Below are positions 1 through 15,974 of a stretch of 64,000 nucleotides of DNA, one piece after another. The notes under the pieces are model-generated. The model was not told where the DNA came from. It saw only the letters and a program-made list of their open reading frames with translations, and did no database searches. How positions within the stretch are numbered: position 1 is the stretch's first letter; every line of letters starts with the position of its first letter. The stretch is taken from contig OX442314.1 of assembly GCA_949358305.1 (NCBI GenBank), positions 17,422,001 through 17,486,000 on the forward strand. Direction: 5' to 3'. Origin of the DNA: Strigamia acuminata (taxonomy: Eukaryota). Made by a program: the position numbers and the translations under genes.

Positions 1-3000
1 CCACTGACCCATTAAAAATAGAGCACATTATGAAATGTGCTTGACCTACTACTGTTACTCTACAATTTTTACTAATGGTCCTTTTTAGAACTACATTTTC
101 TATGAAAATCGTACAAAAATGCACTGGTAACCAGGCATGTCGGAAAAACAAAACATAAAGGAGTTACTAGTGCATTCCAAACCCCTCAGCCTTGGGCGGC
201 AAATAAATATACAAAAAAAAATATATTAAAAATACTATTAAAAAAAATACCTTACTCCCCTGTATTAAAAATAGAACAAATTTTTATAAAAAAGAAAAAA
301 ATTTATTTCCTGAATAACTTCAAATTAAACTCCCACACGTTTCCCTCAAACAAAACTATTTAAGAAACATGTATTCTTTATTCAGATACACGTGCATGTA
401 GTAAAATATCGACGAAAATAACCACAAAACGAGACCTTTGTACGAAATAATAACTAATAACGTTTCCCGTTCTTCTGTGCTTGAAAAATCACAATATGAG
501 GGCAGAATTTATGCGGTTAACAAAAAACTCCATTGCACAACCACAACAAACTTGCTGGGGAAATAAATATCCTTTCAGAATTTGGAGAATTTCCACCTCA
601 AATATAAATGTTAAATGAAGAAGAAGAAGAAGGAGGAGGAGAAGGTCTTGCATTATGTAATAAAGATACACCTGAGATAGAAAATCTAAAACTCGCCAAG
701 GTGACCTCAGCAATCATGACGTAAATATACGCGCACAAACACACGCCGTGTGATGTTTATGAAAATTGATGCGGTTAAGTTTTAACAGTCTTAAATTGTC
801 ACCGTCTGCGTCTGAAACCATTACTCATTCAAGCATTCACAGTCAGGCCACTATTTTGCAGTTATTGGCTTAAGGTCAAGCGTTGTATTCCAAATAAAAC
901 GATCCTATTGACACAAGTAACTTAACGCATCCTTGAAATTAGATTAAAGAATAAAAAAAATCTATCTGTGAAATGACTCCATGTTTTGTTAAAGAGGAAC
1001 TGGAAGGGGCACCGGGCACCTAACCTGGGTGGAGAGTAGTTTACCTTGACTTTCAATTCAGGTAAAGCTAAGGGCAGATTTATTCTTTCACCATTTTCGT
1101 ATAGCCTAAGCTTAAAAACCGTGTGCGAGGAAGAATTTTCCTACGCCCTTTAACTTGTGTCAGATAAAACTTGTTCGGGAGGAAGGCAGGTTTGTAACTG
1201 TGATGAAAGATTGAGTAGGTGGCAGGTGAATTAAATTAACCAATCGGCTCGGACGAAGCGGGTTTAAAGATCACAGATGAGCAGGAAGTGTTTTATTCAT
1301 TACAAACCAATTTATCATGAAATAACGGTAATCAATTTGATTCGAAAATGACTTAATGACTCGAAATTGACTTTTTTTCCTCCAAAAATAAATTTGAGAT
1401 TAGTTTTTTTTCTTGTAAAGTTAATGCGGAAATGGTCATTGGCTGTAATTACCCATTGCTTATGTTGATTTTCGATGGAGTACTCGAATAAACTCGTCTA
1501 AAAGGCAAAGTTTCAGCCTTTGATGGCTAGTAAAATGTTTATAGCCATAACAACATCAATCCACACTTTAGCTGGAGTCGTTAACCCAATTTTTTCCAAA
1601 ATAATTCTCCATAATTCCTAGTATAAAATAGTCGAAATATAATATTCAAAATTTTCCAAAAGCTTGTTTCCCACGGTAATGTCCCCCCAGATACGTAAAC
1701 TTGCTCAAACTTGTACCGAGGACAGGTGGTCAGGGTCAAAGGGGCTCCAAGTGGGGTTCGCAGACATCCATTCACAATCCCGAACAAACTAACCCGACAC
1801 AAAAGAAACTTGAGCAACAGGGAGGAAAAGTAAGAGAACCCCAGGGGGTCTACGACGTAGGTGGAGGTACAGTGGCGAGCACTTAGGGAAAATCCACACC
1901 TTCACTCACACACCCCTTAAAAAAAATCGCATTTCAATTGCAGGAAATTTTCATTCTGCAACCCGAAACCCCTTCTATTAATTTGAAGAGAAGGGGCCTT
2001 TTAGTTTGCGAAACATGGAATTAAGTGGCAACCCATGTAATTTTGAAACCTTGGATGTAATCCAAGTACAAAATGAAATCACATCCCTCGCGCGAGAAGA
2101 GTTAAAGCAGCGAGTTCAAAACTCTTCAATTGCATACAAAGCATTAATTAGAAATGTCGGATGTCATTTTCTACAAGGAAAGAGTTCATGGTCCCCCGTT
2201 TAGTAAAAATTTCATTCACGAACAGTATGTTTACATCGAAACGTGTCTTGTCTGGACAAATAACCCTATCCGTGTAATGGCAGGCAGCGAATAAATCCCG
2301 GATGTTTTCTTTTGTTTCTCCCATGTTTTTATGGCCGACCTAAGCATTTTCTTCGTCATATACATCTATCCTACTCTGCAGTAGACAAAGCCCGCAATTG
2401 GCTCGCTGCAAAAGAGTCATTTTCTGCACTGCTGCTCACAAAACTCATTAGTTTTTCAACTCGATATACGAAATAAAGGGAAAATGAGGGAAAACTCTGG
2501 AGAGGAGCAATGGCCGAAAACTTGTCTTTCTGTTTTAGACAAACGGTTTTGTTTACTTTAATCTTGTTTTATGACTCGACAAGAAGATGAAAAAAGAAAA
2601 AGAAAAAAAAAACACACAAAAACACAAGAATAAAAAGAATAAAAAGATGGAACGTGCATATTCAAAAGAATTAAAATTGCGTGATCATTTCAGGAAAGTC
2701 ATCAAAACATAATAATAAACAATTGAGAAAGGAATGTTAAGAAAACAATAGATGACGCACACACAAAATACAGCAGCACCTGCAGACGATCTATATGTCT
2801 TGATACGAACCACACCCGTTTCGCTAATTGCGCGGAAATGCGAATGAGCAGCCAAGGTTGCAATCGCAACTAGCACTTACTAAACACGTGGTGGGCATCA
2901 GGGCATTATCTACTTTACCTAGAAATGCTATTAAAATAGGTAAGTAAGGTAAAGTGTGAAATAAAAAGAAAATAAATAAATATGCATGTGCAAAACCAGT

Positions 3001-4921
3001 AAAAATGAAACGTTCAGATTATATTATCATTCATTACTTTTTTTCCCTCCGCTTTAAAAATGAAAAGTACGTATTTAAAACAAGTTTTGGTGAATATTTT
3101 AATACCTGAATGCGCGCACGTGTCTAAAAAATTGTAATGGAGATAAAATATGTTGAGTCGTCAGAATTTTCTGCGATTTAAAATTCAAACGAATTAAGAT
3201 AATAAAGTTAGGGGTATGAAGAAAGGATTTAAGGAATCCGAGGTGTGGTTTCAGGCGGAGTGAACGAACGCAAGCAGGTAAACTCAGAACCTGAATTACA
3301 TTTGAAAAAAAAAAGAAGAAAAAAAAAAAGTGCATCGTATAAATATAGAGGTAAACGGAAGAGATGCTACGTGAATTCACGTTACGAATTGTAACCACAA
3401 CCCTTTAGGTTATAGTGACCCAAATTAGAAACTAAGACGAAATCACTCTAGGCCAAATAGTGTATAATTAAATCAGTGATCTTAACTTGGGTTGTTTGAA
3501 CCTCATTTTGAAGAAACTCGAAACGTGGCTTTAATTTTAATTTCCTTCCAAATAAATCACGATTTTAGCTAATTATTGAGGAGATTGTACGAAATCTAGG
3601 TCTAAAATTTGTATGTAATTTATGGTCTAAGTAAAAAGATTTCCTTTTAAAATAAAAAATAAAATAAAAAAATTAATTTAATTTAAGATCTAGAAAAACA
3701 ATACAGTATTCGCTTCCTTCCGTCTGCATTACGCTTGCAAGTAATTCAACATAAATAACTAAGTAATTTATTTATAAATAATTAATTAAGTTGGCTACTG
3801 CGGAATGTTTCATTTTATTGATATCAAATGGATTCTTATTGGCTCGAAGAATCACTTCCTGCATGACCTCAGATCAACGCAAATTATAAATCATTATTTT
3901 AAATCTCTTACTACTCGTATTTGAAGAAAAAAAATCATTAAATATTAGTATTTGCTTTTTAAATCGGCAGTTGCAAAAGGGAGTGTTTGCAGATTTCCTT
4001 CATTTTTACTGCTGGATGAAGTGAATCTGGTTTTTGTTGGATTGAATATCATCATCCTCGGTGTCATTTGAAGACTTTTTCAGATAAATTGAGGTTAAGG
4101 AATAACCAAGGAATCTGTTCATCTCAGGGGTAACCACCTTTCATCGTGAAGACCAAACCCAAATATACAAAAAATTGGAGAAATTAAAAAAAAAAAAATC
4201 GGAAAAGTAGGTTTTCGACTTTAAAAATAAGGTTCACATTATATTGAGTAGTTTTAACCCAAATCAACAACCTGCCCAGAAATAAATTGCTCCACTTGTT
4301 GCTAGGCAACAATAAAAAAAATACAAAACCTTTCTCTTAATTTCAACATTAATCAATATGAAAAATCGCCATTTTCTCACATTCCCACCCGAAAATCAAA
4401 AAATAATAAAAAAAAAATCTGATTTTTTTTTCCTTCAAATGCAATTGAATCTATGCAATTGAATTCCATACCCTGGAAACCTTTGACTCAAACGAGAATG
4501 TTTATTGGAAGACCTCAAAAATGTTGATAACTTTTCTTCCTTCCTCAGCTTCGATTCCAAATGGACTACACTTTATATTTTTAACTCCATCTTTACCCAT
4601 TCTTTATTTCCTTCCTTCCTTCCTTCCTTCCTGGATTTGGGTGGTTCATGTTTATACCACGCTTCTGAAAACGCAATGTGAAACTTAACACGCCAAGTTT
4701 GTTTCTTTCGCCGCTGCTGACCCGTTCCGTATGGACGCCTCCCCACAAACCATTGTAATCTACAATACAATAGCTACCGTCCACCCACGCATTCCTTACA
4801 CCACAAACGGTCAACAGAAATTCCACACGGAACCTCACGACCGCAAATTACTATTTAAACACCACGAAACCAAACCAAAACAAAACAAAAAATAAAAACA
4901 CGAAAAAGTTGGACAACATAC

Positions 4922-5028
4922 CTCAAGAAACGTCTGGAAAGAGCCAGGACCTTTTCCCTTTGCTTTTCCAAAGCCTCCTCCAATCCCAAGTCAGGAAGCA
5001 ACGACTCCAACAAATGTATTTTCAACAT
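4922..5028 (-). CDS. Candidate alternative first coding exon of the LIM-domain gene (MLKIHLLESLLPDLGLEEALEKQREKVLALSRRFL)
   Basis: ATG to AG|gtatgt donor, 107 nt, phase 2 like the other donors of this gene; helical protein-like composition; GC-richer region upstream (5030-5450). Confidence 0.6.
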
Positions 5029-8000
5029 GTTGTGACACAGGAAGACAACAAATGCTACGCGAAATGTCGAGCAATCCGTGAGACAAAACGAGCCAACATT
5101 CTTCGGTAGGAAAAATCCAGGTCACTTCAATCCGAAGACAACAACAACAAAAACAGCCAATCACTCGATAATAAAAATGTCCTCTCTTTTTTCACCCCAG
5201 CCTGATCGTCTATTTATGGCAGTGGTCAAGGATTGTGGTTACTCAAAAGCACACCTCGTGTTGCAGACGCACCCCCTCGACTAGAGAAACGCAGTGCGGC
5301 TTGGGGAGGGGATCTACCAACCGCCACTCACAAACGGAATAGTCCAATGCAGCCGCCAGAGGAGAGTTACGCAGTCCACGGCATGCGGAACGCGGATAGG
5401 CCAATCCTACAAACTCACCTGAGTTCTGACCGGCCGAGTCCAATTTCAAACACAAAGGGATGGGATAAAAAAAATAAGACAGTTCATTCAAATTTTATAT
5501 CTATCTTTTAATCAATTTAATTTTTTTTTAAATTTCTCAAAGTTCATCAAGGATGAATCAATTTTTGCTTTGTTTCACCTTTAATTTCTACATTTAATCA
5601 TATCGTTAAGTGAATCACACTTGTTAGTGGGGAAAAAAAGTTTGTATTTTTTTCAAAAGCGTTTCAACCTTGCTAAGACGAAATAAATTGATGTCTCTAA
5701 TTGGCTCCGGAATAAAAGACGGTTGGACACAAAAACTCGTCCTTAGTGAATGCTGAATATTCAGTGAAGTAAAAATAAAAACGAAAACCAGATTTTTTAA
5801 AAAAAAAAGTCGCCGAAAAAAAAAGTGCACGAGCAGGAAGTAGTCAATTATATACAATACTGGACTTTCTTTCTTTCAGTCCCCATGTATGTTGTTTTCC
5901 GCACCACTGATTTCACGAATTTCTTGCCTACCTTTTACTCAAATGTCACTAAACCATTGATTAAATTAAACCACAGGCATTGACCACAAGTAAAACCATC
6001 ATTTCATCATTGAATTAACTCAAAGTAGGTTTGTAGCGCCACCAAGTGATGAAAGTAGCAATTAATAAAATGCGTGCTCGCATTTGTGTGTCAATCAAAA
6101 CACATTTAAAATATAATTTATTCATTTCAAACAACCACTAATTTTATATCTTGGAATTTAACCTTGATTCAAACTTTCCCCCTCTTTTTAACAGCGAGGG
6201 TAATCAATTTCAGGTATGTGAACCACTTAAATTCCATACAATATTTCCCATTGTCTATTTCTCGAGGCAAAACAACTTTAACACTGATTTCCAGCAAATT
6301 CTAATAAATGCAATTATAAATGCCAAAAAAATGATATACCTGTCAACAGTAATAATCATTACGCATTAATTTTCTTGCAAAATCTGCTAAAGAAACAACG
6401 TATTGATTGGACATTAAATTGACAAAAATTCCTCGATAATATAGTGATCAGGATCGCCGCCTATTACAGTATTATTGGCTTAAATGCTAAAGTAGGCGCC
6501 AAAGGGAGCAAGGAATGGTGGTGGGAACTGCCTGTGGCACGAGATAGAATTATAGGATGCCAGGTGAGATGGGTAAACGAATAAGAAGTCCAAAAGGAGG
6601 GGCAGTTGGACACCAAATCTACCCATTCAATTCATTACGGCTAAACGAAATGTTTTTCTTTTCACTGTGGCAATTTTTCACCGCTGTAACAAGATGGAGA
6701 TCTTGATACTTCACACTATACATGAAATAAACAAATCAGAAAAAGCTGATGAATATTCAAAAAGCGGGACCCCACCCTGCATCCAAGTAAGGCAAAGGGT
6801 TGACGAGACCTTGAAACTCAGTTCACACCTGCTAAAATTGGCAATTTCGCTTTTATTTCTCCGAAACTAAATGCTGTTAAGAACAATAATAATCCAAATA
6901 GTTCCTCATGGGCTAGTTTGGATGACACAAATGGCTTTTAAAATTCTTTTTTTTTCCTCGTCTTTTCTTCCAATGTGGTATCAAGCTCACAGAGACACTT
7001 CATAAAAACATCACGACCAATTTATTTCACATTTTCCAAGTTATAAAACAAGACACCGCAAAATAAGGACAACTGCGCATGCTCATTGCAATTAGCGACA
7101 TCTGGAACTCAAACCACCCTTAATATTGTGTACATAACGAACACCTAATATTTTTCCCACACATTTCGAAACATATTAACCCACTTGTAACAAATGTAAA
7201 CATAGCCCAACACCAGATACAACTTTCTTTTTTCCAAACCGCACGAAACATTTACTTAGAAACATCTTTGCGTTGCACTAACTCAATTTTGTTGCCGCCC
7301 AATTTTATTTGGTGGACCCACCACTGTGGTAAATGCACAGCTGAAGGATAACAAGTTTAATTCTGACAATTACTGTACTTCCAACTCGAGAACCTTGATA
7401 TTAAATTTACAAAGAAAGGAAAACTCAAATCGAGGCGCAAGGAGTGGATGAAATCAACTGATGCATCTTTTATTTTTTCCTGAAGTGGAAACCGATTAGA
7501 TTAGGACTGAATGATAAATTCACCCACACCCAGCGGAAACAAGCCTCGGTTGGTTTACTGTGTTTAGAATGGTTCCTCCTTCATCGTTGGGTGCATGTTG
7601 CACAGTTTCCTGCGGGGGCGATCTCCTCCCTTTCCTTTAAACCAACTCTCTCTCTCTTTTTTAATTTTTAGCTTTAAAAATTAAGGATGAATAAGAAGAC
7701 AGCCCCAGGAAATTTATGGAGATTCCATGGTCACACACACGCTCGAAAAAAATACTAGTTTATGAATAATTTAAAAGAAGAAAAATAAGGAAAAGTTAAA
7801 GAGAGGAAGGAAGTTGCAATTTAAAGACAACAAAAAAATTTTGTTTTTTAAATGCAGGTGTACTTAAAACTTTTTTTTTTAACAATGGTAACGACGAGAC
7901 TGGGTACTATTATACACTTGAAAGGTCAACGTCTCTATTTGTGGAGTTAAGCGAGTGATCAGAGTGTAATTTGATGCAATCCTCGTACGTGACAAAGTCC

Positions 8001-11000
8001 TATTTTAGGGCACGCAGGTGGTCCCCAACCCTTCCTGTTGTTAATCAAAGCCAGGTGGAGGGATCGTGAAACCGTTATTCAAACTAACAAGATAAAGAAA
8101 CCCATAATTTTTTTTATAATCCCGTCTATTGTGACTAAAACATTTTTTTCAAGTGGAATATTTCCCAACAGAAAATTGGATTCAGGATATCGAATTACAA
8201 ATGGCAAAATATCAAAGTAATTTTTTATAATTATTATGAGACATAATTTCATAAGAATAAGGCTAATAATGTGAAACTGGATATTTTTTTTCCTGTTATT
8301 AAACTCTCGTCTTTCTCATTAGTAACTTTTTTAATGAATGCAATAATAAAGTTACGTCATAAAAGCTCCAAAATAAAGTATAATCTTCTATTTGAATCAG
8401 TAAATATCTGTAATTTATCTAGTCTCGGTTATATGTCAACACAAACTTCAGTACATTTAAACTTAAAAACTTATTATAAATATACAAGCGGAAATATAAA
8501 TTGTTTCTGATAAACAAACAACGCAAATCCAAATCTCTTGATTTATCTATCGCGTTAAATAAGATGCCTGTTTGTTAACACAAAGTGTCTTTTCATCCTA
8601 CAAAAACTTCATTGAGAGGTCGATTGAAATAGCATGTCGCGCGAGCGTTCGGAACATTTCTTAACATTTCTGACAGTTTTTAAAGTAGCAAGAAAGTTTT
8701 AAAAAAAAATTCTTTAAATGCACTTACTCATGGTGAATTCCCCGCATGATAAATACGAATGTAATACGCTAAATGAACAGTCTTAAACAAGGTAAAAAAT
8801 TAGAATCCCGACTGAATTCATGGTGGCGTCCCATCGACTCCTCAACACTCAATGACTAAGTGCCCAACTCAACTGCCTGTATGCAACGCCAACTAGCACA
8901 AGGATTCGTTCATGAGGCAGCCACAGGGAAGCAGATGCAGCTCGTGGAACTATGCAACGCCAATTAACTCAAAAAATAAACATTTCCCATCACAATAATT
9001 AAAAAAATAATAATAATGATGATTTTAAAATTTTGGCTTACATAAAATGCACAAAACCTAAAATTATTCAAGAAAATTGTCATTTTCTGTAATTTTTTTT
9101 ATCTTAATTAAAAAAAAAACCACTCGTAAAAATCCATTCACTGATTTCTTTTCCCGTTTCCCATTCAACGATGTATTCAAACGCACAAGAAATCATTCTA
9201 TGCTATTAAGAAGAATTGCATCATTTAATTTAAATCAGTTTCACGAACTTTTTATTATTCCTCCTCAAGTAAACAGCTCGAAGCTTTTCAGGAAGAGCCG
9301 TCCGAGTGCCTCTGAGGCCTTCAATACATCTCGTTAACTCACCTTTAACCCTTATGGCCCAGTATTTAGTCTCCACCCGTTCATCAAACAGCAGAGACAA
9401 CCACCAATTCATAGCCATTTAAACTTCGCAGATGAAATACCCCCGGGAAAAATACATTACGTGACAGTATCAAAAAAATGTTTCATTACCTGGAAGTACA
9501 AAAACTTTTTTAAAAAAAAATAAAAAAAAAAATAAAAAAAAAAATAAAAATTACTTCACTTTCGCTGTAATATTTTTTTTACATAATATTTTAACGATTT
9601 TTTTACATCTCCATTTTATTACCGTGCAATTTTCATACTCTATCACTTTACATAAGACTACATATAGATGCCTAAATTATCTTTATTATCCCGTCATTGG
9701 AATGTCATGTCAAACGTCTCTCAAGCACGTGCCTATTATTACAATTGAACGAATAACAAGGTTACAATTAATCTAAAAAAAAGTCTATTAAAACAATGAT
9801 TAACAATGGGCATTGGTTGAAGAAATTATTGGAATATCCCGACAGTTAACAATTTCAGCAAAATGGTGCGAAAATGCTAGAAGGTAAGCTCTGTTCATTT
9901 TACATTTTTAAACATTTCCAAATGAATTACATTACATCTGCCTCCTTAAATATTGTTTTAAAAAAACTAAATTACAATTAGTAAATGAGGCCTAAAACAG
10001 GTTTTGTATTTGTTAATGTAGCAATTATCTTTTCCCTCTTAAATGCAAATTTTCTTAAATTAGCGGTGCTCGAATTTTCTTAAATTGAGGCAATAAACTC
10101 ATCAGCAGGCCCTATTTCTAGTCTCCAGAAATTAAATCGTGCCAAATAAACACGTTTTCCACATGATGTACGCAATGTGAGCAGCAAAAGCTGTTTTTCG
10201 ATCGATTAAGTTGCAGCTTCGTCCGCTGCTTATAAAGAAGCGCTACTTGTTCTTCTATAAAGTCAATATATCTCGAAATATCTCGCGATACATCATGAAC
10301 CTAATTTGGGTTTTAGCGACAACCAACAAAAACACAAATGGACAAAATTGAATTATTTTCAAAACAATTTTCTACTTTATTTTACGAAACAAAGTTCATT
10401 CGAGTCAAAGAACAATAAACTAAAGTTTATTTGTCTTATTTTTTCGTTTCCTTATTGTCAACCTCATAAAATTTAAGTCATTCCACCAGAACAAGCTTCT
10501 CGAGACATTGTGGGCTTGTCCCAAATAACCTTTTAAAGAAATTATTGCAATTTTTCATATCTTTTGGCGCGCCAAACTCTGCTCCCATATTACATAAACG
10601 AAGGCCCCTATTTGCCTTTTTCAATCTCTCTTAATGACCCCACTCGCGAATGAAGTACCATTTTTGCCTTCAATGGAGCGAAATCAAAAAAGAAAAAATA
10701 GGAAAGATGTTATCAGCTGATGAAACATACTGAGCTCACAGACCCACTATACCATAATTAGAATCAAAATGAACAACCCCGAACGTCGCATTAATAAGAA
10801 TCGTGCAATTTTCTCGCCCTATCAGTGCAAATTCAATTATAAACCCAGCACAAACAAGCCAAACAAACACACCTAAGTCATTCAATTGACTAATAAATAA
10901 GGTAAACCTACTTGTTAAACAAATTAACATCGCTTAAATTAAAACTTTATAGCCTCTTCCCGTGTTATTTCACGAAACTAATTTCCGGTTTAGGCGGAAT

Positions 11001-14000
11001 AAACCAAAATGAAAATAGAAAATTTGTTTACGAATCCCCTTCAATTAACGAAAAGAAAATTATGTCAACAATAATAAATGCTTTCAACATTCTTTCGGGT
11101 TGCATGAAAAGCAGAAAAACAGTCTCAACATTTCCCCACAACTCTCCGAGATTCGGAAATCTGCTCTATAAGTCTTTCAAATCCTCTGATAAAACGCTGG
11201 GGAAAAAAATGGTGAAAGTTGCAGGTGGATCACGTGATACTGGCTCCAAATGGCCCCATCACTCAGAATTACTTTCCGCAAATCCCAGACTATCAAATGA
11301 CATAAAACCTAATAAATTCACTTTTCTTTTTACCTTCTATTCTTGATGAGGAGGATCCCTCCCCAGGTGTGGCGTCTCATCCATGCATTCATTTCGACTA
11401 TGCGCTCTCACCGCAAAAGCTTCTAAACCACGCCCGAAACTCAACTCGGGTTTATGTTATGTTGATGCGTGGTGATAATCAGTTAACAAATAATAAGGTA
11501 ATTTCGTTCGAGTAGTAAACCTACAAAACCGAGTGAGGCGTTTTCACTTGCCATCAATGCAATAAAAAAAACGAAACAGTTTGTTCTCGGGTTAGAAGGC
11601 CAAACTCGTAACTTGCACAGATGTCTCGTAACTAGGCCAGTGAGTTCGACTAACATTCACTCGGCTTTCAACTGTAGTACTACATACAAGTGAATCAAAA
11701 TAAAGTGAGAGGAAAACTAAGTGTGTGAAAGGCAGGAGATAAACCGTGGGAAAGAAAAATAGGACATTACACCTCTAAATAGATCAAACAGCACACAATG
11801 GTGACATAAATTAAACCATCAATGACAGGTTTAAGTTGGGAATTGCAGCAGATGGATTGACAATTAAAGACTTTCATTAATGATTCCATTCCTTGGTTAC
11901 TATGACTTTACATAGTTTTGTCGTTTATTAAACTGCCAATCTATATTTTAACTAGAAAAACTAACCCTTAAATTCTAGGTTTCAGGTTTAGGCGCAACTA
12001 TTGCAGCTGTGACATCTGGACATTTTTAACATTGCTGTTCAATACTGTTTGTTCTTTGCCCCTGAGTTTTGCTGCATATCAGCGCAAATAAAATTTTACT
12101 GCTCGTAGAAATAAAATAAAATGAAATGAGAACGTTAAAAGTTTTTTATGCCAAAATTATAAGTTAAAATCCAAAAAAAAAAAAATTAAGAAATCAAATA
12201 TTTTCCGTTGCTTTCAATGTTATTCAAACAACAGAATGCTCCTTGTATATATATACCTTGTATTTTAAATTACTTACATGAACCAACAAGAAAATTTTCA
12301 AAGTATACAGATGAAATGCGTATCAGATTGAACTTATCTCCCCGAGCTCTCAATCTACTTTAAATGATTGGATTTTTCGATCTAATGCATCGTTGCTTTC
12401 AAATCATCGACTTAAATAACATCAGCAAACAAGAATTAGCTCGTCCATTGCTAACCAGAAGGATTGCAAACCATTTACACACGTACAAACCCCCAAAAAA
12501 TCTACATTAAGATAAAATTAGATGAAATTAGCACCAGCTGAATATTCCAATGAAAACGCTAATTGGCAATTTTAAGATCGTCTATTCACCCCATCTCAAC
12601 TTTGCAGTCTGACCATCACATAAGAAAGAAATATCTGCTTAGAATTGCGTGTTTAAAGCAGATATTAAACCGACTTCAACACCAAGATACTCATAAATAA
12701 ATTCTAAAGGTAAACCGAGATGGAACAACTTATTAAAAAAAGGAGGAAACGAATTTATAAATTAAACCCAACGTCTGCGTGTGGCTGCCGTCGTGAAATA
12801 CGGTGCAAAAATATTTTTCATGCCAGCTGGGAGCCTCCTTCGCCGAAGCAAAATTGCCAAAAAAGTGAAATAAATTCTTCTTTTCGTTTCAATTTGAACA
12901 CATTACTTGACAAAATCCAATTTTTGGCGTGTGGCCAAATAAATATCTGAAGAGTGGACAAGCGGCCCACGGCACCCTTCAAACTACCGTTTCAAAAACT
13001 TAATTCATTACCGCAAGCTCAAATTACGGCCTACGCATGCTCATTTTAATCGATATAGCGTTGCTCGATCATTTCATCGCGTTCTTTCAACCCCGAGTCA
13101 AAATTCCTCTTTTCATTATTTTCCCCCACTCTCAAATGTTTGAACGCATCAGTACAAAGGTTTCTTCTTTTCTTCCCCATTGCCCCACTAATACCTAGGC
13201 TTAGGTCTGTACGATTACCCTTTGTACCTAGCTTTAGGCGACGGAAATAAGTGGGCCAAACCCACGGAGCAGTTTCCAGTGGCAATGAGTGGGCGAAAGA
13301 AATGGAGATGAGATAAAGGTGACCTCAACTGTGCGTTGAAAACAAATGAGGTTCGTTAAGATAGCGAAAGAGAAAAAGGTGTGCGAGTCAGACCAAATAG
13401 AAAAGTCAAGTGGAAATAAATTAATTACATACTAAACAAACAAACTCGTCTTTTGCATTTAAACGAGAACATTTCTTTTCGTCATTATTTTTTACAAAAC
13501 ATAATTATACCACGTAATAACCAAAACTATCAGTGTTGAAAAAAATCGTCTCTTCGAATTCTGCAACAGCTGTTACCATACAGACTGAGACCAGCAACCA
13601 ATGAGAGTTTGTTTCTCCGTTTGGAAGCAGTAAAGTGATACGTGCCATGCAGACAAGCTCAGGGGGAGCATTTGTTGTGAAAGTTTAACCAGGAATTGAA
13701 AAGGAAAATCGTCAAAGTAATTTAAAACTAATGTAGAGTACATGTAATCGTTGGTTATCAAGGGTCAACAACTGCAGATTAGGAACGCTTGGAGTACTCC
13801 CAAGGCAACCAAACTGCTAAGACACCCACGAGACGCGGCAATTCATTGACGAATCGAAGCGTGACTAAGTTAAACATGGACGAGAGAGAAAGGTCGCATG
13901 TTTTCTATTCAATTTGATCAACTGCCCAAATTCTCCCCATCTTGCGCTGCCTCTCAGCGTTCGATATCAACTAAGTCCATTGAACCAAAGTCTAAATTAC

Positions 14001-15807
14001 TCCCAACGGCAAGCCAAACGGCACCTGGCCATCAATGGAAATCAATCTGGAGCGAGACGCAAATCCCAAATAACACAGGGTGACTAATTAAGAGGAGTAG
14101 AGTTGTGTTACACACATGTTCCAACGTTAATTAAAACGAAAAGCCATAAAACCAAGGGATTCATTCAAATGGCTCTGATCTGTTCTTTAAATTCGCAAGA
14201 AATGAAGCTGCATATCCAACTTTATCAACTTTACATTATCTTGTTTACCTCTGCGTTTTTCCCCCCATGCAACTTTAATGATACCGTGTAAACCTTTCAG
14301 GTTAAACCAATGCGAATAAATCCCAAGGTATCAGAGGGTTAAGTACCGGTCATGTTGCATTGGTGACACAGCTTTACTGCATCCTTTCGCTGTTTTCCGG
14401 ATATTTTGGCGTGTACTTTCGCTTCTTATCTGTTCTCTTACACCACCGTTTTTGTGCGCGAGGTTTCAGTCGTCACTGAAGAGTTATTTCATTAACAAAT
14501 TGCTCCTAATGATATTCTATACATTTTTGAGTCGAAACGTGTTAAAATACAGCAGTGGTGCAAATAAACTGCTGACTTCGCATCAGAATTTAAATTGAAA
14601 CTTATTTTCAATTATGCAGAGAGTGTTGAAATATAGTTGAGTCATTTCAAACATCTCTTCATATCCATTGATGGAGCACTTTGATAACGACATATGAGAA
14701 GCAGGGAGGGCAAAATGGAAAAACGCGAAATATAGGACTCCCCAATATGGTGTAGCTAAGACATTTTACGATGAGGGAACCTCGAAGCATGTCTCTAACA
14801 ACGTACCAAAACTGTTGGCACGTCATTAGTGAACAAATCCCCTCTCACATCACGCGTGCTCTGTTCAACTCCCGTAAAAATTTGCATATTCCTTGATTAT
14901 ATTCTAAGCTTTATTCCGCCTTTGAGCGCAGGAATGCGCAAGTTTTCTTTGGTATAAAAATAAAATGCGAAAAGAGTGGGTATAAAGAAAAATTGATCGA
15001 ACCTTCTCTATCAAAATGGTGCACCGTTTTTACAGTCCTCCGAGTGCGTAATGTTTTCGAAATTATCGAGACATTTCACTCGGAGTGAAATTCTCCTAAG
15101 AAGTATTTTACTAGCGTGTATTGTCATAGCAACAAGACCTTCCGAAGTAGCTCTGTGAGCCGCTGGTGAGAATGATGACGCCCATTGTGCCTAAGAGGAG
15201 ACATACACACACACGTGTAAAGGAGGGATAAATATTGACTGAAGGAAAACAAAAGAAAAGCAAACACTATCGAAAACAAAGCTGCAAATAGATGAAGAGG
15301 AGAGAGAAAGAGAGAACTGGCACCGGAATTATCTTAAAACTTGTGGTTGAAATAAAAATACCAGAATAATGCCAGCGGAGCGACGAGGGAGACAAAAGAC
15401 AAAACAGATTGTGACAGTAATAATGTGCGATTTATTACACAACACAGACAGACGAGCAGCAAAGGTCAAACATTCGAAACCCCGAGCAAATGCACACTTG
15501 GATTTCAATTGAAATTGCATTTTCCAAAACTGCCGTTGTAATTTACCTTCATCCTCGTCTTTCAACATTTGGAGGGAGGGAGCCTGCGCAAAACGAGTTG
15601 ATGAGTCATCCATTTGTCACGATCCAGTTTTGGATCAACAAATAGTTGGTCATGTTTTTAAAAAAAAAAAATTTAAAAAAAAATCCTCAGTGGAAACTTT
15701 CCACAAATTTTTCCACCAAAGAGCAATCACTCGAGATAATTCAATCAAAACAAATGAAAATTGTCACGTGACACATCTGGCAGCGACTCAAATTCATTTC
15801 AACTTAC

Positions 15808-15974
15808 CAGCCCAACTTGTACGCGGACCTGCTGATACGCATGGAAGTGAGTTGCATGTATTGGCTCCATGACCGCCTGAAATTCATGGAAGCGCTTCGT
15901 CGTGGAGGGAATTTCTCCTGGGCTTCCATGGTCGTAGGACACGACTCTAAACAGCGCTTTTCAAAGCCGGGCAT
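15808..15974 (-). CDS. Candidate alternative first coding exon (MPGFEKRCLESCPTTMEAQEKFPPRRSASMNFRRSWSQYMQLTSMRISRSAYKLG)
   Basis: ATG to TG|gtaagt donor, 167 nt, phase 2, GC-rich island inside an AT-rich intron. Confidence 0.5.

Noticed and set aside
10912..11346. 144-aa + strand ORF and other short ORFs in 1-31 kb
   Set aside because: Non-ATG starts, AT-rich compositional ORFs, no motifs or splice support
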